Assembly: GCA_024626585.2 (NCBI GenBank)
Contig: JANKJI020000004.1
Span: 47,616,881-47,653,521 of the forward strand
Source: Ginkgo biloba
Lineage: Eukaryota > Plantae > Ginkgophyta
Length of the DNA stretch: 36,641 bases
Reading direction: 5' to 3'
Part shown: positions 36,445 through 36,641 of the stretch, in pieces
Layout of the letters: each line of letters starts with the position of its first letter
How positions within the stretch are numbered: position 1 is the first letter of the stretch
Made by a program: the position numbers and the translations under genes
The notes under the pieces: model-generated
Told to the model about the DNA's origin: nothing
Seen by the model: only the letters and a program-made list of their open reading frames with translations
The model's database searches: none

Positions 36445-36641
36445 ATCTATATCTATCTTTCTAAATCTAAATCTATCTATCTATCTATATTTATGTCTAT
36501 CTATTTATATCTATATCTATCTATCTATATATATCTCTATCTATATCTATCTATATCTATATCTATCCATCTATATCTATATCTTTATCTATATCTATAT
36601 CTATAACTATATCTATATCTTTATCTATATCTATAGCTATA
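36445..36641. repeat. (CTATAT)/(TATC) microsatellite
   Basis: Directly visible simple repeat running to the window end. Confidence 0.95.

Overview
This is a gap-rich (about 32 N-runs, many exactly 100 nt), AT-rich eukaryotic intergenic window made almost entirely of nested, decayed retrotransposons. I found no intact host gene, RNA gene or CRISPR array. The families present point to a large-genome plant, most likely a gymnosperm (inference). The contents are: (i) a near full-length minus-strand Ty3/gypsy CRM-clade chromovirus (about 20045-26842) with two LTRs, gag-PR-RT-RH-INT and a C-terminal chromodomain, abutting an RT remnant of another CRM-like element; (ii) further CRM gag or gag-PR remnants and TGATG-starting LTRs; (iii) two Tat/Ogre-type gag remnants and a Tat-type integrase; (iv) a Tnt1-like copia gag/protease fragment; (v) L1-type LINE endonuclease fragments; (vi) simple and short tandem repeats. 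The most interesting signals are a recurrent gag-only CRM derivative (two copies share a zinc-knuckle to chromodomain-tail to PPT to LTR junction), an LTR family built from a roughly 25-bp array of inverted DRE/CRT pairs (ACCGAC-N3-GTCGGT), and G-box-dense repeats carrying a long palindrome whose central CACGTG decayed differently in three copies. All calls come from manual translation and alignment by eye, so boundaries are approximate.
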